Shown one piece after another: positions 27,761-41,952 of a stretch of 64,000 bases of DNA; the stretch's first letter is position 1, and the number at the start of each line of letters is the position of its first letter. The stretch is from the NCBI RefSeq assembly GCF_036321535.1, contig NC_087436.1, forward strand, positions 94,490,001-94,554,000. Direction: 5' to 3'. The DNA is from Camelus dromedarius. Its lineage: Eukaryota. The position numbers and the translations under genes are program-made. The notes under the pieces are model-generated. The model searched no databases, had not been told where the DNA came from, and worked only from the letters and a program-made list of their open reading frames with translations.

Positions 27761-28727
27761 CTTTGCACTTTTAAATTAGTTCCTTCACCTTATATTTAAG
27801 GCATTATGATTTTTCTATGTGTGACATTAAGCCTTATTCCTAATCTTATTTAAAGTTGTAATCAGCATTTATGTCTGCCTTCTGAAGCTTTGGTCACTGA
27901 AATTGTGTCAAAATCTTAACAATTGGAAGAGGTATATTTTGTCCAACAATACTCTTAGGCATCAGCCTGTGAGCTCCTTACATTTTGAAGGCTTGTCATT
28001 CAGTTGCTGCTTCCAGCACATCATTTGAGTGATATTGTCTTTATACTTCAAATGCTTGAAAATAAGTCTGCCTTAAAGAAAATTGTTTTTTAGAGTTTTA
28101 ATTGGTATATATTTTAAGAAGCCACATAAGTATCTTTCAGGAGACATAGAGTCTAGACCCAGCTTTGTGAATAAAACCTTTACTTCTCTGGGCTTATCCG
28201 TAAAATGCAGAAGAGGAAATATATAATTCCTAAAATATCTTCCAATTCTAACTTTTGTTTATTTTGTAAATGTTTATATTTGTAAATTCTTTTTTTTCTT
28301 TCTCTTCTTTTTTTTGTTTTTTGTTTGTTTGTTTAAACAACTTTTATTTTGGAATTTCCCACAAAGCACTTTTATAAAATGAAAAGACAATGTATGTATT
28401 TGCCTCAAACACAAGGTCTATGTTAGGGACCCTTTTAGCCCTATTTCAGTTGCAAGGCAGTCATGTGGAAAAGGGATTAGACTTAAGAGAGGCAGCAGTG
28501 ATGTGGAAAGAGTACTGAAGTACTGAAGTAATTAGAGTTAGAATTGAAATCACTGGCACATATTTTTTGGTTCTATCTAGCATGCAATGCTTTTGAATAT
28601 TTTTAAACATTTCATTTTAAGTTACCTTATATTTTTTTTTTTTACCTTGTAATTTGAAGTGTTGAATAATATGTTTTTCAAACTGCGGTCATGTAACTTT
28701 GTGGAAGTGGCTTATTATTGTATCACT

Positions 28728-31700
28728 ATTTTATTGTAGTAAAATATTAATTACATTTTCAGTATTGTGCTACCATCACCACTGTGTTTCCAAACCTTTT
28801 CATCATCCAAACAGAGAATCTGTACCCATTAAGTAACAATTCCCCATTGCATCTGTCTCCAGCCACTGGTAACCACTACTTTATATCTCTTTGAATTTGC
28901 CTATTCTAGAAACCTCATGTAAGTGGAATCATACAATATTTGTCCATTTGTATCTGTTATTTCACTTAACACAATACTTTCAGGGTTCATGCATGTTGTA
29001 GCATTTGTCAGAACTTCATTTCCTTTTATGGCTAAATAATATTCCATTGAAAATAGGAATAAACCTGACCAAAGATGTAAAAGACTTACACGCTGAGAAC
29101 TATAAAACATTGATAAAGGATATTGAAGATGATTCAAAGAAATGGAAAAGTATCCCATGCTTTTGGATTAGAAGAATTAATATTAAAATGGCTATACTGC
29201 CCAAAGCAATCTGTAGACTTAATGTGATCCCTATCAGATTACCCATGACATTTTTCACAGAAGTAGAACAAATAATTCTAAAATTTATATGGAACCACCA
29301 AAAACCCAGAATTGCCAAAGAAATTCTAAAGAAAAGGAACAAAGCTGGAGGCATAAGATTCCCAGACTTCAGACAATACTACAAAGCTACAGTAATCAAA
29401 AACAGCATGGTATTGACACAAAAAAACAGACATAGATCAATGGAACATGATAAAGAGCCCAGAAATTAACCCACACACCCACAGTCAATTAATCTTTGAC
29501 AAAGGAGGCAAGAATATACACTGGAGAAAAGACAGTGATATAGGGAAAGCTGGACAGCCACATGTAAATCATGAAGTTGAAATGCTCCCTCACACCCTAC
29601 ACAAAAATAAACTCAAAATGGCTTAAAGACTTAAATATAAGACATGACACCATAAAACTCCTAGAAGAGAACATAGGTAAAGTATTCTGACATAAATCAT
29701 AGCAAAGTTTTCTTAGGTCAGTCTCCCAAGACAAAAGAAATAAAGCAAAGATAAACAAATGGGACCTAATCAAACTTAAAAGCTTTTGCACAGCAAAGAA
29801 AACCATAAATAAAATGAAAAGACAACCTACGGAATGGGAGAAAATATTTGTAAGTGTTACTACCAACAAAGGATTAATTTCCAAAATATGCAAACAGCTC
29901 ATATAGCTTAATATCAAAAAAGGAAACAACCCAATCAAAAAGTGGGCAGAAGACATAAATAGACATTTCTCCAAAGAAGACATACAGATGGCCAACAGGA
30001 ACATGAAAAGATGTTCATCATCGCTAATTATTAGAAAAATGCAAATCAAAACTACAGTGAGGTATCACCTCACACTAGTCAAAATGGCCATCATAAAAAA
30101 GTCTACAAATATAAATGCTGGAGAGGGTGTGGAGAAAAGGGAATCTCCAAGATTGTTGGTGGGAATGTAAGTTGGTGCAGCCACTATGGAGAACAGGATG
30201 GAGGTTCCTTAAAAAACTAAAACTAGAATTACCATGTGACCCAGCAATCCCACTCCTGGGCATATACCCAGAGAAAACTCTGTTTCAAAAAGATACATGC
30301 ACCCCAGTGTTCATAGCAGCACTATTTACAATAGCCAAGATATGGAAGCAGTCTAAATGTTCATTGATCAATGAATGGATAAAGATTTTGTGTACATATA
30401 CACAATGGAGTATTACTCAGCCATAAAAAAGAATGAAATAATGCCATTTGCAGCAACATGGATGGATCCAGAGATTATCATACTAAGTGAAGTAAGTCAG
30501 ACAGAGACAAATATATGATATCACTTATATGTAGAATCTAAAAAAAGGATGCAGATGAACTTAATTTACAAAACAGAAAGAGACTCACAGACATAGAAAA
30601 CAAACTTATGGCTACCAAAGGGTGGGGGAAAGGGGATAAATTAGGAGTTTGAGATTAGCAGACACATACTATAATATATAAAATAAACAACAAGGTCATA
30701 CTGTATATTACAGGAAACTATATTCAGTACCTTGTAATAAATTACAATGGAAAAAATCTGAAAAAGAATATATATGTATAACTGAATCACTTTGCTGTAT
30801 ATCAGAAGTTAACACAACTTGTAAATCACCAATACTTCAATTAAAATAATAATATTCCATTGCATGCACACACCACATTTTGTTCATCCACTTACCTATT
30901 GATGGACCCTAAGCTGTTTCCACCTTTTGGTAATATTGTGAATAATGCTGATATGAACATTGACATGTAAGTATCTATTTGAATCCCTGTTTTTCAGTCT
31001 TTTGGGTGTATAATACTTAGGAGTGGAATCAGCTGGGTGACATGCTAATTCTGTGTTGAACTTTTTGAAGACCCACCAAATTGTTTCCCTCAGCAGCTGC
31101 ACCATTTTACATTCCTACCAGCAGTGCCAGGAGTTCCCAGTTTCTACACATCCTAATCAGTATTTATTGTTTTTAAATACCTTCCTAATAGGTGTGATGT
31201 GATACCTCATTATGCTTTTGACTAGCATCTCCATGATGATTAGTGATTTGTAGTATCTTTTCATGTGCTATTGGCCATTTTTTATCCTTCCTCTTTAGCG
31301 GAATGATCTATTCAAGTCCTTGCCCATTTTTAAATTGGGTTGTCTTATTGTTGAGTTGTAGGAGTTCTTTATATAGCTGGATATTAATTCCTTAACCAAT
31401 ATATGATTTAAACTCTTGATAGTGTCCTTTGATGCACAGACATTTATAATGAAGTCAGGTTTATTGATTTTTTCTTTTTATTTTCTATAATTTTGTTGTC
31501 ATTTTTAAGAAAACCATTGCCAAATTCAAATTAATGAAGTTTTGCTACTATTTTTCTAAGAGTTTTACAGTTTTAGCTCTTGAATTAAGATATTTAGTCC
31601 AGTTAGTCCATTTTTAGTTTAGTTTTGTATATACTATAAGGTAAGCGTCCGGATGCATTCTTTTGCTTATGAATATCCAGCTTTCCCAGTACCACTTGTT

Positions 31701-34480
31701 GAAAGAACTGCTCTTTCCCCATGGATTGGCCTTAGCACGCGTGTTAAAGTCATTTCACCATATATGTAAGGATTTATTTCTGGGTTCTCAATTCCGTTCA
31801 TTATGTCTGTATATCTATCCTTATGCCAGTACCATACTGTTTTATTTATAGATTTATAGTAAGTTTTAACTTTGGGACATATTCTCCATCTTTGTTCAAG
31901 ATTGTTTTGGCAGTTTGGGGTTCCTTGAAATTTCATATGAATTTTAGGATGTGTTTTCCCATTTGTGCAAGAAATGCCAGATGAGGTTTTGGTAGGGATT
32001 GTATGGAATCTGTTTGTTACTTTGGGTGTTATTGCCAACTTAACAATATTAAGTTTTCCAACCTGTGAACCCAGGATTTCTTTCTATTAACTTAAGTCTT
32101 TTTTTTTAATCACTCTTTTATAGTTATCTCGTTTTTCCTTGGTTAAATTTATTCCTAAATATCTTCTTCTTTTTGATGCTATGTAATGTCTAATAACAGG
32201 GTTTTTTTGTGGATTCTTTATGGTTTTTCTGCATATAAGATTATGTCACTCGCAGAGAGAAATAGTTGTACTTCTTCCTTTTCGGTTTCAGTACCTTTTA
32301 TTTCTTTTCTGATTGCTCTAACAAGAACTTCAGTACTATGTCGAAGTGACAAAAGCCAGCATCCTTGTCTTGTTCTTTATCTTCAGGGAAAGCTTTCAGC
32401 CTTTTACCACTGACTATGTTTTTAGCTGTGGGTTTTTTATATATGGCCTTTTTCATATTGAGAATTCCCATCTCATCTTAGTTTATTGAGGGTTTTTATC
32501 ACGAAAAGATGCTGAACTTTTTCAAATACTTTTTCTGCATCGAGATGATCATGTGATGTTCCCCCTTCATTCTGTAATGTAGTATATTACATTGCTTGAT
32601 TTTCAAATGTTGAGTCACCCTTATATTCACAGGATAAATTCCACTTGGTCGTGGTATAGTCCTTTTAATATGCTGCTGATTCTGTTTTGATAGTATTTTT
32701 TGAGGATTTTTATGTCTGTATTAATAAAGAATATTAGCTTATAGTTTTCTTGTAGTATCTTTGTCTGGCTTTGTTTTTAGGGTAATTCTGGCCTCATAGA
32801 ATGAGTTAGGAACCATTCTCTCCTCTTCAGTTTTTTTAAGAGTTTGAGAAGGACTGGTGTTAATTTTTCTTTGAATGAATCTGGACTGGGCTTTTCTTTT
32901 TTGTGAGTTTTTAAATTACTGATTCAGTGTCCTTATAGGTATTTTCAGATTTTCTGTTTCTTAAGTCAATTTTGCTAGTTTGTGTGTTTCTAGAGATTTG
33001 TTAACTTGGTTATTCATTTTGTTGATTTGTAGTTGTTCATAGTATTTGCTGATAATCCTTTTTATTTTTTTCTGGTTTAATTTTTTATTGAAGTATAGTT
33101 GACTTACAATGTGTAAATTTCTGGTATACAGCATAGTGATTCATTTATACATACATATTCTTTTTCATATTCTTCTTTTATAATTCTTTTTTATTTCCGT
33201 AAAGTGGGTACTAATGTCACCTCTTTCATTCCTCATTTTAGTGATTTGTCTTATTTTCTTTGCCAGTCTAGTAAAAAAATTCTGCCAGTTTTTTAGATTT
33301 TTTAAAAAATAACTGGGTCCCATTGGTTTTTCTTTTTTCCTATCTTCTATTTCATTTACTATTTCCTTCCTTTTGCTAGCTTTGGGTTTAGTTTGCTTTT
33401 CTTTTTCTAGTCAAGGTGTGTGGTTTCTTAAGGTGTACAGTTAGGATATTCATTGAGATTTAGTTTTTTTTAATGTAGGGTGTTTTCAGTGATAAATTTT
33501 CCTTTTAGCATTACCAGTACTGAATCCTGTAAGTTGTGGTATGTTGGTTTTGTTTTATTTGTTTCAAGGTATTTTCTAATTTTCCTTGTGATTTCTTCTT
33601 TGACCCATTGGTTATTTAAAAGTATGTGGGTTATATGTATGTGGAGTTTTCCAGTTTTCCCTGTTTTCTGTTACTGACTTCTGATTTCATGCCATTCTGG
33701 TCAGAAAAGATACATTTTATAATTTCAGTCTTTTAAAATGTATTAAGACTTCTTTTGTGGCCTACCATATGGTGTATTCTGGAGAATATTCCATGTGCAC
33801 TTGAGAAAAATTTGTATTCTGTTGTTAGTTGGGGTGTTCCATGTATGTCTGACATGTCTGATTTGTTTATAGTGTTGTTCAAATTTTCTATTTTCTTTGG
33901 TTTCCTTCTATTTTTTCTATCCATTATTGAAAGCATGGTATTGAAATATCTGATTATTATTGTAGAACTATGTATTTTTCCCTTCAGTTCTGTCAATTTT
34001 GTTGCACAGATTTTGGGGGCTCTGTTGTTAGGTTTGTATGTATTTACAATAGTCATATTTTCTTACTGGGTTGAACCTTTCATCCTTTCATCAGTAGAGT
34101 TCTGGATCTCTTGCAGTCTTTTTTTGTTTTTTTTTTAACTTTAAATCCAGTTTGTCTGATCATAAAATAGCCACCTGCTCCCTTTTGGTTACTATTTGCA
34201 TGAAATATACTTTTTCCATTCTTTTACTTTCAAATATTTTGTTTTTATATCTAAAGTGAGTCTCATAGATAGAATATAGGTGGTTGTTTGGGGGTTTTTT
34301 TGTTTGTTTGTTTGTTTGTTTTACTTAATCCACTCTCCATATCTCTGCTTTTTAATTGGAGGATTTAATCTACTTTCATTTTAAAATAATCACTGATAAG
34401 GAAGGAATTACTTATGCCATACACTTTTCTATCTTACATGTATATTTTTTGTTATTTAATTCGTCAATTAGTGCCTCTAT
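28728..34480 (-). mobile_element. Old long L1 (ORF2 endonuclease to 3' UTR), degenerate, interrupted by a younger L1
   Basis: Minus-strand ORFs 33733-34056 (endonuclease-like TIVNTYKPNNRAPK) and 31667-32038 (KTYYK..KTVWYWHKDR). Confidence 0.85.
29050..30847 (+). mobile_element. Younger 5'-truncated L1 (ORF2 C-terminal half plus 3' UTR) with 15-bp TSD
   Basis: ORF2 peptides ([45 protein letters not shown]); perfect TSD aataatattccattg at 29035-29049 and 30848-30862. Confidence 0.92.
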
Positions 34481-34492
34481 TTTTTGTATTTA

Positions 34493-34620
34493 CAATTGAC
34501 TCTTGAAGAACACAGGTTGGAACTCTGTGGCTTCACTTATATGCAGATTTTTTTCAATAGTAAATACAGCAGTACTACAAGATCCACAGTTGGTGGAACT
34601 GCAGATACAACGGAACTTCA
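34493..34620 (+). mobile_element. Tigger2-type DNA transposon end fragment
   Basis: TA followed by caattgactcttgaagaacacagg...cacttatatgcagattttt, a TIR-like terminus. Confidence 0.7.
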
Positions 34621-35198
34621 TATATAAAAGAACGAGAGAGACAAGAATTCACTTTGTGTATTAAATAAATACACAATAACAAGTGGAAAACAGCAAAAAT
34701 GGCTTGAGATATGACTGTTTAGCTGAATGATTGGTTACTATGCACACTAGCCTCAAAGGACATGAAATTCAGTTATGTCACAGTAGAATTACATACAAAT
34801 CCTAGATCTTCTATATAGCTTGCAAATAATAAAAATCATAGGACTGTATGCTATATATGCTATATGTTGGTTTGCTCATCATTGCTGGGCATTAATACAC
34901 ATCATATCATCTGAATGTTTATTAAATACCTATAGAATGAATCTTTATGTGCTTCATGAAACCATCAGACTTTCTCATATTAAGCAATATTTTCACTTTC
35001 ACTGTTTTACTTTGAGATGTAATATTCCATTTGAATTGAATATTATTAGCAAGTTATTTTTATTACTCTCATTAGAGTTTTCTCTATATTTTACTCTTGT
35101 TGTATTTGGACAACAGAGCTTCCAAGTAATATATTTAATCCATTAGCAAAAGCAACTACAGTTAGTCTCTTTACCAAGTGAATATGTTTACCATTTAG

Positions 35199-35331
35199 GT
35201 GCCTATGGTTCATGCTTGAAGTTTTAATGACAAAGAATGAAAATAATAGCCATGCCTTTATGAAGAAGATGGCAGAGAACATCAAACTAACAAAAGATGC
35301 CCAGTCTCCAGATGAATCCAAGACAAATGAA
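35199..35331 (+). CDS. PDS5A: PDS5A exon ([45 protein letters not shown])
   Basis: ccatttag| acceptor and GAA|gtaaga donor; 133 nt. Confidence 0.95.
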
Positions 35332-35857
35332 GTAAGATATGTATTAGACCAATGGGTATTAAGATGTTAGAGGAAAAAATATGACCCTTGTCCCAATTAT
35401 TTTTCCTGTTACATAATAAAATAGGTTATAGCATATTTATTAAAAGTTATAGTCAGTTTTTCATTTCATTAAAATTGAATTCTATTAATTCAAGAATGTG
35501 TATTATTCTGGAAAAGATACTAAAACATCTATAGAGCATGGGGATAAGAACTTGTAAAATTTATAACCATGCTATCTTATGACCTTTTAGTAAGAGTCAC
35601 AGACAAGTAGATACTCTGTTTGTATGTTTCATTTAGTTTGGTTTGGTATTTTTAATGTGTTCTTGATATTCATATTAGATTAAGATGAAGGGTTTTTGTT
35701 GTTGTTTACTAGGAGGAAATGCCAAACACAAATGCAGAATATTCATGGAATAAATAATAACCACATATTATTCTTTTGATTCCATTTTATACATTGGGTA
35801 CTTGTGGCTGTTTTGCACTAATGAAACTTATGTATGATCTTTCTTTTTCCTCCCTAG

Positions 35858-35977
35858 AAACTTTATACAGTATGTGATGTGGCCCTGTGTGTTATAAATA
35901 GTAAAAGTGCTTTGTGCAATGCAGATTCACCAAAGGATCCAGTCCTTCCAATGAAATTTTTTACACAACCCGAAAAG
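35858..35977 (+). CDS. PDS5A: PDS5A exon ([40 protein letters not shown])
   Basis: tccctag| acceptor and AAG|gtaatt donor; 120 nt. Confidence 0.95.
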
Positions 35978-38043
35978 GTAATTTTCATCCCCTCATTTTT
36001 TTACCTCACTAGACTGATTTAAATGTGTTACCATCAGCCCTAGTGGCACATATTGGACTGTCTTGACTACAGAGTTAAAAAAAAATACCTCTACGAGTTT
36101 ATCAAGAAATGAGAGATTGTCTTCCAAAGCCTGAAAAATATCATTCTCACTTACAGAGTAGAGAATACAAATCGAGCTTGGTGGTGGTGTTCCTATGTGA
36201 GCTTTTCCTTCTGGATATTTCTAGTATGTAAGAGGAATTTTCAGATTTCTTTGTTTTCATCTCATTTTATTAAAACACTGTTAGTATTTTTTCAGACAAG
36301 AAGTAAACAAAATGTTTGATACGGTGTAAATATATATACATCTATGTATGAAGTAAAATTTAGAGTTAACCGAATTGGTCTTGGTCATTGATAGACCTGG
36401 ATTCTGATCAACCACTTCCAACCTGAGGAACTTTACACAAGTTAACTCTCTCAACTCTCTAAGCTTCAATTTCTTCATCTCTAAACTGTAGGTGATGATA
36501 ATAACTGAACAATTACTAATATATCTAGGTTTCTAAGACTTTGTCACATAGTACGCATTTATTAATAAATAGTATTATTAATAATTAATACATAGTACAT
36601 TTATTCTGCTATCAACAAATGAAGTTTTCCATGTTATTAAATTTTCCAGCTCACTAAAGCTCTTTAAGGTTTCCCAACTAATTTGGATTTAAAAACTTTT
36701 TTTAAAAGAATGTCTTTTATTTGTCTTCTGCTTTAAGGTGGTATTTTAAAGTTTAACTTTCCTATGTTTTGTCTAAGAAACAAAATCCTAAATATTTTTA
36801 ATTGGAAAAAATATGGCATTAAAAATTTTTTTCTACACATTATCAAACCTGAAGATATGTTTCAGAGTAATACTCCCCTTAGAGTATTTTACGGAGGAAC
36901 ACTGTGAGAAACGGAGCTTCCACTTGGGATGCCATACTTTGACAAAAATTTTAATCAGATTTTAGTTTTCAGAATTTACTGTGCCTGGTTTTTGATAGGA
37001 ATTAAAGGATTACAAAGTTATTTGCCCTCTAATTGAATTTACTGGTCTTTATAAATATTCCTAAGTGAACCCCTGAGTTTAAATTTACTTTGTTGTTGAC
37101 CTAGGGCTATTATTATTGGAATAGTACAAATAAATCTTTATACAACAGTAATCCCATTATCAAGAATTAAAATTGCTGTTTGTCACTGTACATAATTCTC
37201 ATTGTTTTTGTTTTGATACGAAGTTTAGAGTGTTTTTAGCCTCTTAGTGTAATAACTTAGGTTTTCCCTATTTTCAGTAAGCAGATTTCCTCATTTCCTT
37301 TTCTAACGTGTTGCTTTTAATCTGGTGTAAATTAAAACAGTAGAAAACTAGGCATATTAAGATAATGAGCTAAGTGAGGCTATAGAGTATCTTCATGAGT
37401 AAAATGAATGAATTTTGGTGCCCAGGATTTGTAACGTTTATTTTAGATGCATAAATGTCTTTGTGGGGAAACATAAGAAAGGAAAAAAGATAGAGCTTTG
37501 CCCAGAAAACATTCCAAAAATGTGATTTCTTTTAGGCACATTTAAGCCCTTCGTTCTTTTCTGTGACACTACTGTGAAGGTAAACAGTAAAAGAAAAACT
37601 AATTTTTAAGTGAGATTACTTAAAAATTAATGAACTTCCTAATTGCAGTAAGTCATTTTGCTTTTGTGACACCACGAGGGTTTAGTTGTGTGCTATTCCC
37701 AGGGCATTTTTATAATAGAATAGAAGAGGAGATAGTTCACTGAATAAACTGTAGATTGTCTGTCCTGAACCATAGGAAAAAATAGAATTGTTTCATTTAA
37801 AATGTGGTTTAAGTAACTTATCTTTGACATCTGCCTAAGTCTTATGTGCTATTTTTTTTTAATTTTAAAACTAGACTCATTGTATGGTTCTTAATTGTGC
37901 TATGATTATTTGGTGATTTGATATGTTTTTCAGCACAAATGAAATTGTTATTGTAAGGCACAATGCCTGAAAAACTTAAATGGACAGTAAAAGTACGTGT
38001 ATGCATGTTCACTTTTTTTTTTTTTTTTTTTTTGGGGGGACAG

Positions 38044-38106
38044 GACTTTTGTAATGACAAGAGTTACATTTCAGAAGAGACAAGAGTACTTCTGTTAACA
38101 GGAAAG
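38044..38106 (+). CDS. PDS5A: PDS5A exon ([21 protein letters not shown])
   Basis: poly-T/ggggggacag| acceptor and AAG|gtatta donor; 63 nt. Confidence 0.93.
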
Positions 38107-38822
38107 GTATTATGTACTAAATAATTTGGGGGTCTTTATCTCATGTGCATATTACTTCTGCTAGTCTTAGAAATAACATTTAAATGTTCCCCACATTTTA
38201 TAGTTCCTGATTTTCAGGGATCATGTTGTGGATTGTAGCATTTGTTCTCAGGCTTTTTTCTGCCATGAACCACTTTTGAATTATGAACATGTGTTCTCGC
38301 CAGTACTGACAGGCTTCAAGTTATTTAGAATCCACAAAACAGATTTCCCTGAAGAATGATACAATAAATTTAGATATGGAAGCTAAAGAAATCATTTTCA
38401 AGTATTAATGAATTAGATCATTTATATTCTGAAAGGTAATATGACACCTAAAAGAGCAAAAGTAAGTTTAATTTTTGATAAACAGTATCTAAACTATTAC
38501 TGTATATATTCAGTAGTTTATCTCTAAGATATTATGTCTTATCTATTATATATTTCACTGTGTTTTAGGGGTGCTTTTATTTTGATTGAGCAATAAGGAA
38601 TAATTAAATATTGCTTAATTATTATTAAATAGAGGTAATGCCTATACTTGTAATTATGTTCAGATGAACAGTTTTACAGAATTACCATTTCTAATAAATT
38701 TAGGGTTCAGTTTTCCAAATTAACAATTCCTGGGCTTAAGCAAAATAATATCTCACATGTGTCCAAATTTATATGTATTCCTTAGTAAAGTATAAAATAA
38801 CATGCATATGTGTAATTTTTAG

Positions 38823-38968
38823 CCAAAACCTGCTGGAGTACTAGGTGCAGTGAACAAGCCTTTATCAGCAACGGGAAGGAAACCATATGTTAGAAGCACT
38901 GGAGCTGAGAGTGGAAGCAATATCAATGTAAATTCAGAGCTGAACCCTTCAACCGGAAATCGATCAAG
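38823..38968 (+). CDS. PDS5A: PDS5A exon ([48 protein letters not shown]), non-canonical GC donor
   Basis: tttttag| acceptor; AG|gcaatt is the only junction giving NRS-R-EQ in frame with the next exon; 146 nt. Confidence 0.9.
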
Positions 38969-39962
38969 GCAATTTTTTTCTCCAGTTGTTTTTATTAGTA
39001 TCACTCACTACTTGGTTCATCTTTCAGCTTTTTTCCTTAAAGCACTATATCAGAAAAATACTTTTAGAAATGTCTTGGTACAAAATAATAGTGTGAATTT
39101 TAGTATAATAAATGATGGAAATTGATAGTGTAATATAGACATTGTGTAGCATTCTAAGTGCAGAAAAGTTAAATGGAAAAAATGGAAGAATTTGTAATAC
39201 AACTATTTTGGAAATCTGGGCATGTGGAAATTTAGTATTTAGGAAAACTGAAATTGAATTTATGTTTTTTAATTTTTAATTTTTAACTCAAGAAAATTGG
39301 TATAGCATGAATTAAGATAACATTGTTAATAACATTTTCTTTTCCACTTAATAAAAAGATTCTGTCAAGTGTTTACTATCTTAGCTACTGCATAAGAATT
39401 TCCACATGACCCTACTCTTATCACCACTAAATATTGAGGCTTTTAAAGATTTTATTCTAACGCATGAAATTTTAAAACTATATTCAACTGGTGGTATTCT
39501 GAACACATTTTTATTCGTAGAATCCCCAATATGAAAAAAGTAACGGACTATCTGTGGTTTACAGAGATGGTAGGGCCTCTTCCTGCAGCCCCTCCTCTGT
39601 GGAGCACTAAGAACATAGACTGGAGACTACTGTCCTCTCATCTGTCATATTTTTGTTTTAGGGTTTCCTACCGTCAACAGAGAGAATAGTTGTGTTGTTT
39701 TCTTGACAACTAATCTTTCTCTCCAGGGGTTTTAGGCAGTCATTTCTGTCTGACATTAGTAAGGTTAAATGGAAATCCACAGCATGATACAAGAGAGCAA
39801 CAGTCTGTAACCACAGAAGGTCTGAATCTTGCTGACGTTACCTCACTTGGTCAGGCTTCTAACGCAGCCTGAGCCTCTTGATTCTTTATTGGTTTAGCAA
39901 AAGAGTAAACTTCCTATTCGTGTGGTAAAATAAGGAAGCTTTGGTTTATTTCTCTTCAACAG

Positions 39963-40071
39963 GGAACAGAGTTCAGAGGCAGCAGAAACTGGAGTTAGTG
40001 AAAATGAAGAGAATCCTGTGAGAATTATTTCTGTCACACCTGTAAAGAATATTGACCCAGTAAAGACTAAG
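39963..40071 (+). CDS. PDS5A: PDS5A exon ([37 protein letters not shown])
   Basis: cttcaacag| acceptor and AAG|gtaaat donor; 109 nt. Confidence 0.93.
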
Positions 40072-41781
40072 GTAAATTTTAAAATTTAACACGTGGCCTT
40101 CTTCCATGGAGATTCTTACTGCTGTTTTATGATAGGAGTGAGAAACCCACCATTGAAGGGTAATAATATATCCTGCATAATATACATGTGCATATACCAC
40201 CCTCTGCTATACTTACTGGCTTCCACTCTCCAAAAAATGATTCTTTATCCACTGTCTTCATTTACCAGCATTTATGTGGTCACCTGTAATGGTATCCTTC
40301 TCCCACACTACTTCTCTCGGGTCTTTGAAAGAACAGGAACTGAAGGTTTTTGAGATCTTGTTTTCAAAACTTTATTGACTCCTGCCGGGGATCAATATTC
40401 TGTTTCTATTGTATTTTTTAAAGTTAAACTAATGAGTTAATTTTTTAAATACATTTAAGTTTTTATTTAACAGCTGCATTCTTTGATGTTGGACCTTTTA
40501 ACTGCACCCAATATTCTTAACAATTTTGGGGCAGGAGAGAATGGAGTCTAACACTGATAGGAGGAATGGCATAAGATACTGTTAGTTGTTTTCCCACAGA
40601 ATCATATTCTTGACAACATACTTAGCTTTTCATTATCCACCATATATCTATAGTATTTATCAGTGTTTTATTGAATTGCCCTCCAAAATCATAAAACATA
40701 GGACTATACAGTTATTCCACAGTAGCTGAACTTTTCCTATCCAAACTCATTATCTGAACTCAAATTGAATAGATATGGATACATTTTTAGGTCACTCTCT
40801 CACCATCCGAACTCTTGCTGCTTGCTATCTGGACATCAGTATGTTAGTAGATTCAGGTAACAGGGAACCTCTCACTGTCAAAACTCTTAGAATTCAGAAA
40901 CCAATAGATTTGAATATTGTGGGGTTCTTATATAGAATTAAACATTCAGCCTAAACAAACTTACATGCAGAAATGCATATTGCCACAGTCATTTAGTTAA
41001 ACATACTTAAAATATGTATTAAGAGGTGGTGCAAGGATGCAAATATTTATCTAGTAGAAACAGCTATCTATAGCCTTTCCAACCTTTGCTGTAAAATTCT
41101 ATATACGATAAATTGGACATGTACGTTCTAATTTCTGAGCACTAAAATGTTACTTTGACTAATCTGTAATATTTTATTGTTCCAAACCTTTATTTTAACT
41201 TGATCATACCTGCAAAGAATCTTTTAAAGGGTCTGCTGTAGGCTGAAGAGACTGGGGTTGTGTTTTGGCAAAAGTCTGATAGTCTTCTCAGTCAGGTCTC
41301 CCATAACATGATATGGTCATTTCTTTCCAGGATCTCATCCTCAGTCTTGCAGGTTCAAAAAAACAATCTTACTAGTATACTAAAAGAAGATAAACATACA
41401 AGGGAGTGTTTCTTGCTAACTAATTTCTCAAAGAGATTGATACATAAACTTATACATAAATTCATTAGTTATGTATATAAATATTATCCAACAAACTGGA
41501 TATGCATATTCATGAATTGGAACATTTTCTGTTATTTACTCTGTGAGGGAAATCAGACTGTAGTATGAAGGATGAATAAGGGAGGTGGTTAAAAGAAGAA
41601 ACAAGACATGCACATTCCTTGAATGCGGGCAAGCACTACCACCAATGTTGTCCTTTAATAGTCTTTTTCTTCGCACATGTAGCTGGCAACCGATTTCCTC
41701 TTCGTTTGGCTTTTGCATCTTTATACATGAGCACACGTACATAATATTCATAAATGTTAAATATGCTCATGTGCATGACTT

Positions 41782-41952
41782 ATTTTTTTATTGAAGTATA
41801 GTCAGTTTATAATGTGTCAGTTTCTGGTATACAGCATAATGTTTCAGTCATACATATACATACATATATTCGTTTTCATATTCTTTTTCATTATAGGTTA
41901 CCACAAGATATTGAATATAGTTCCCTTTGCTATACAAAGGAAACCTGTTGTT
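41782..41952 (-). mobile_element. Short L1 3' end with TSD
   Basis: ttttattgaagtatagtcagttt...; TSD tgcatgactt at 41772 and 41953. Confidence 0.85.

Noticed and set aside
29597..30049. 150-aa hydrophobic minus-strand ORF (also 33755-34138 on +)
   Set aside because: These are antisense readings of L1 ORF2, a common artefact.
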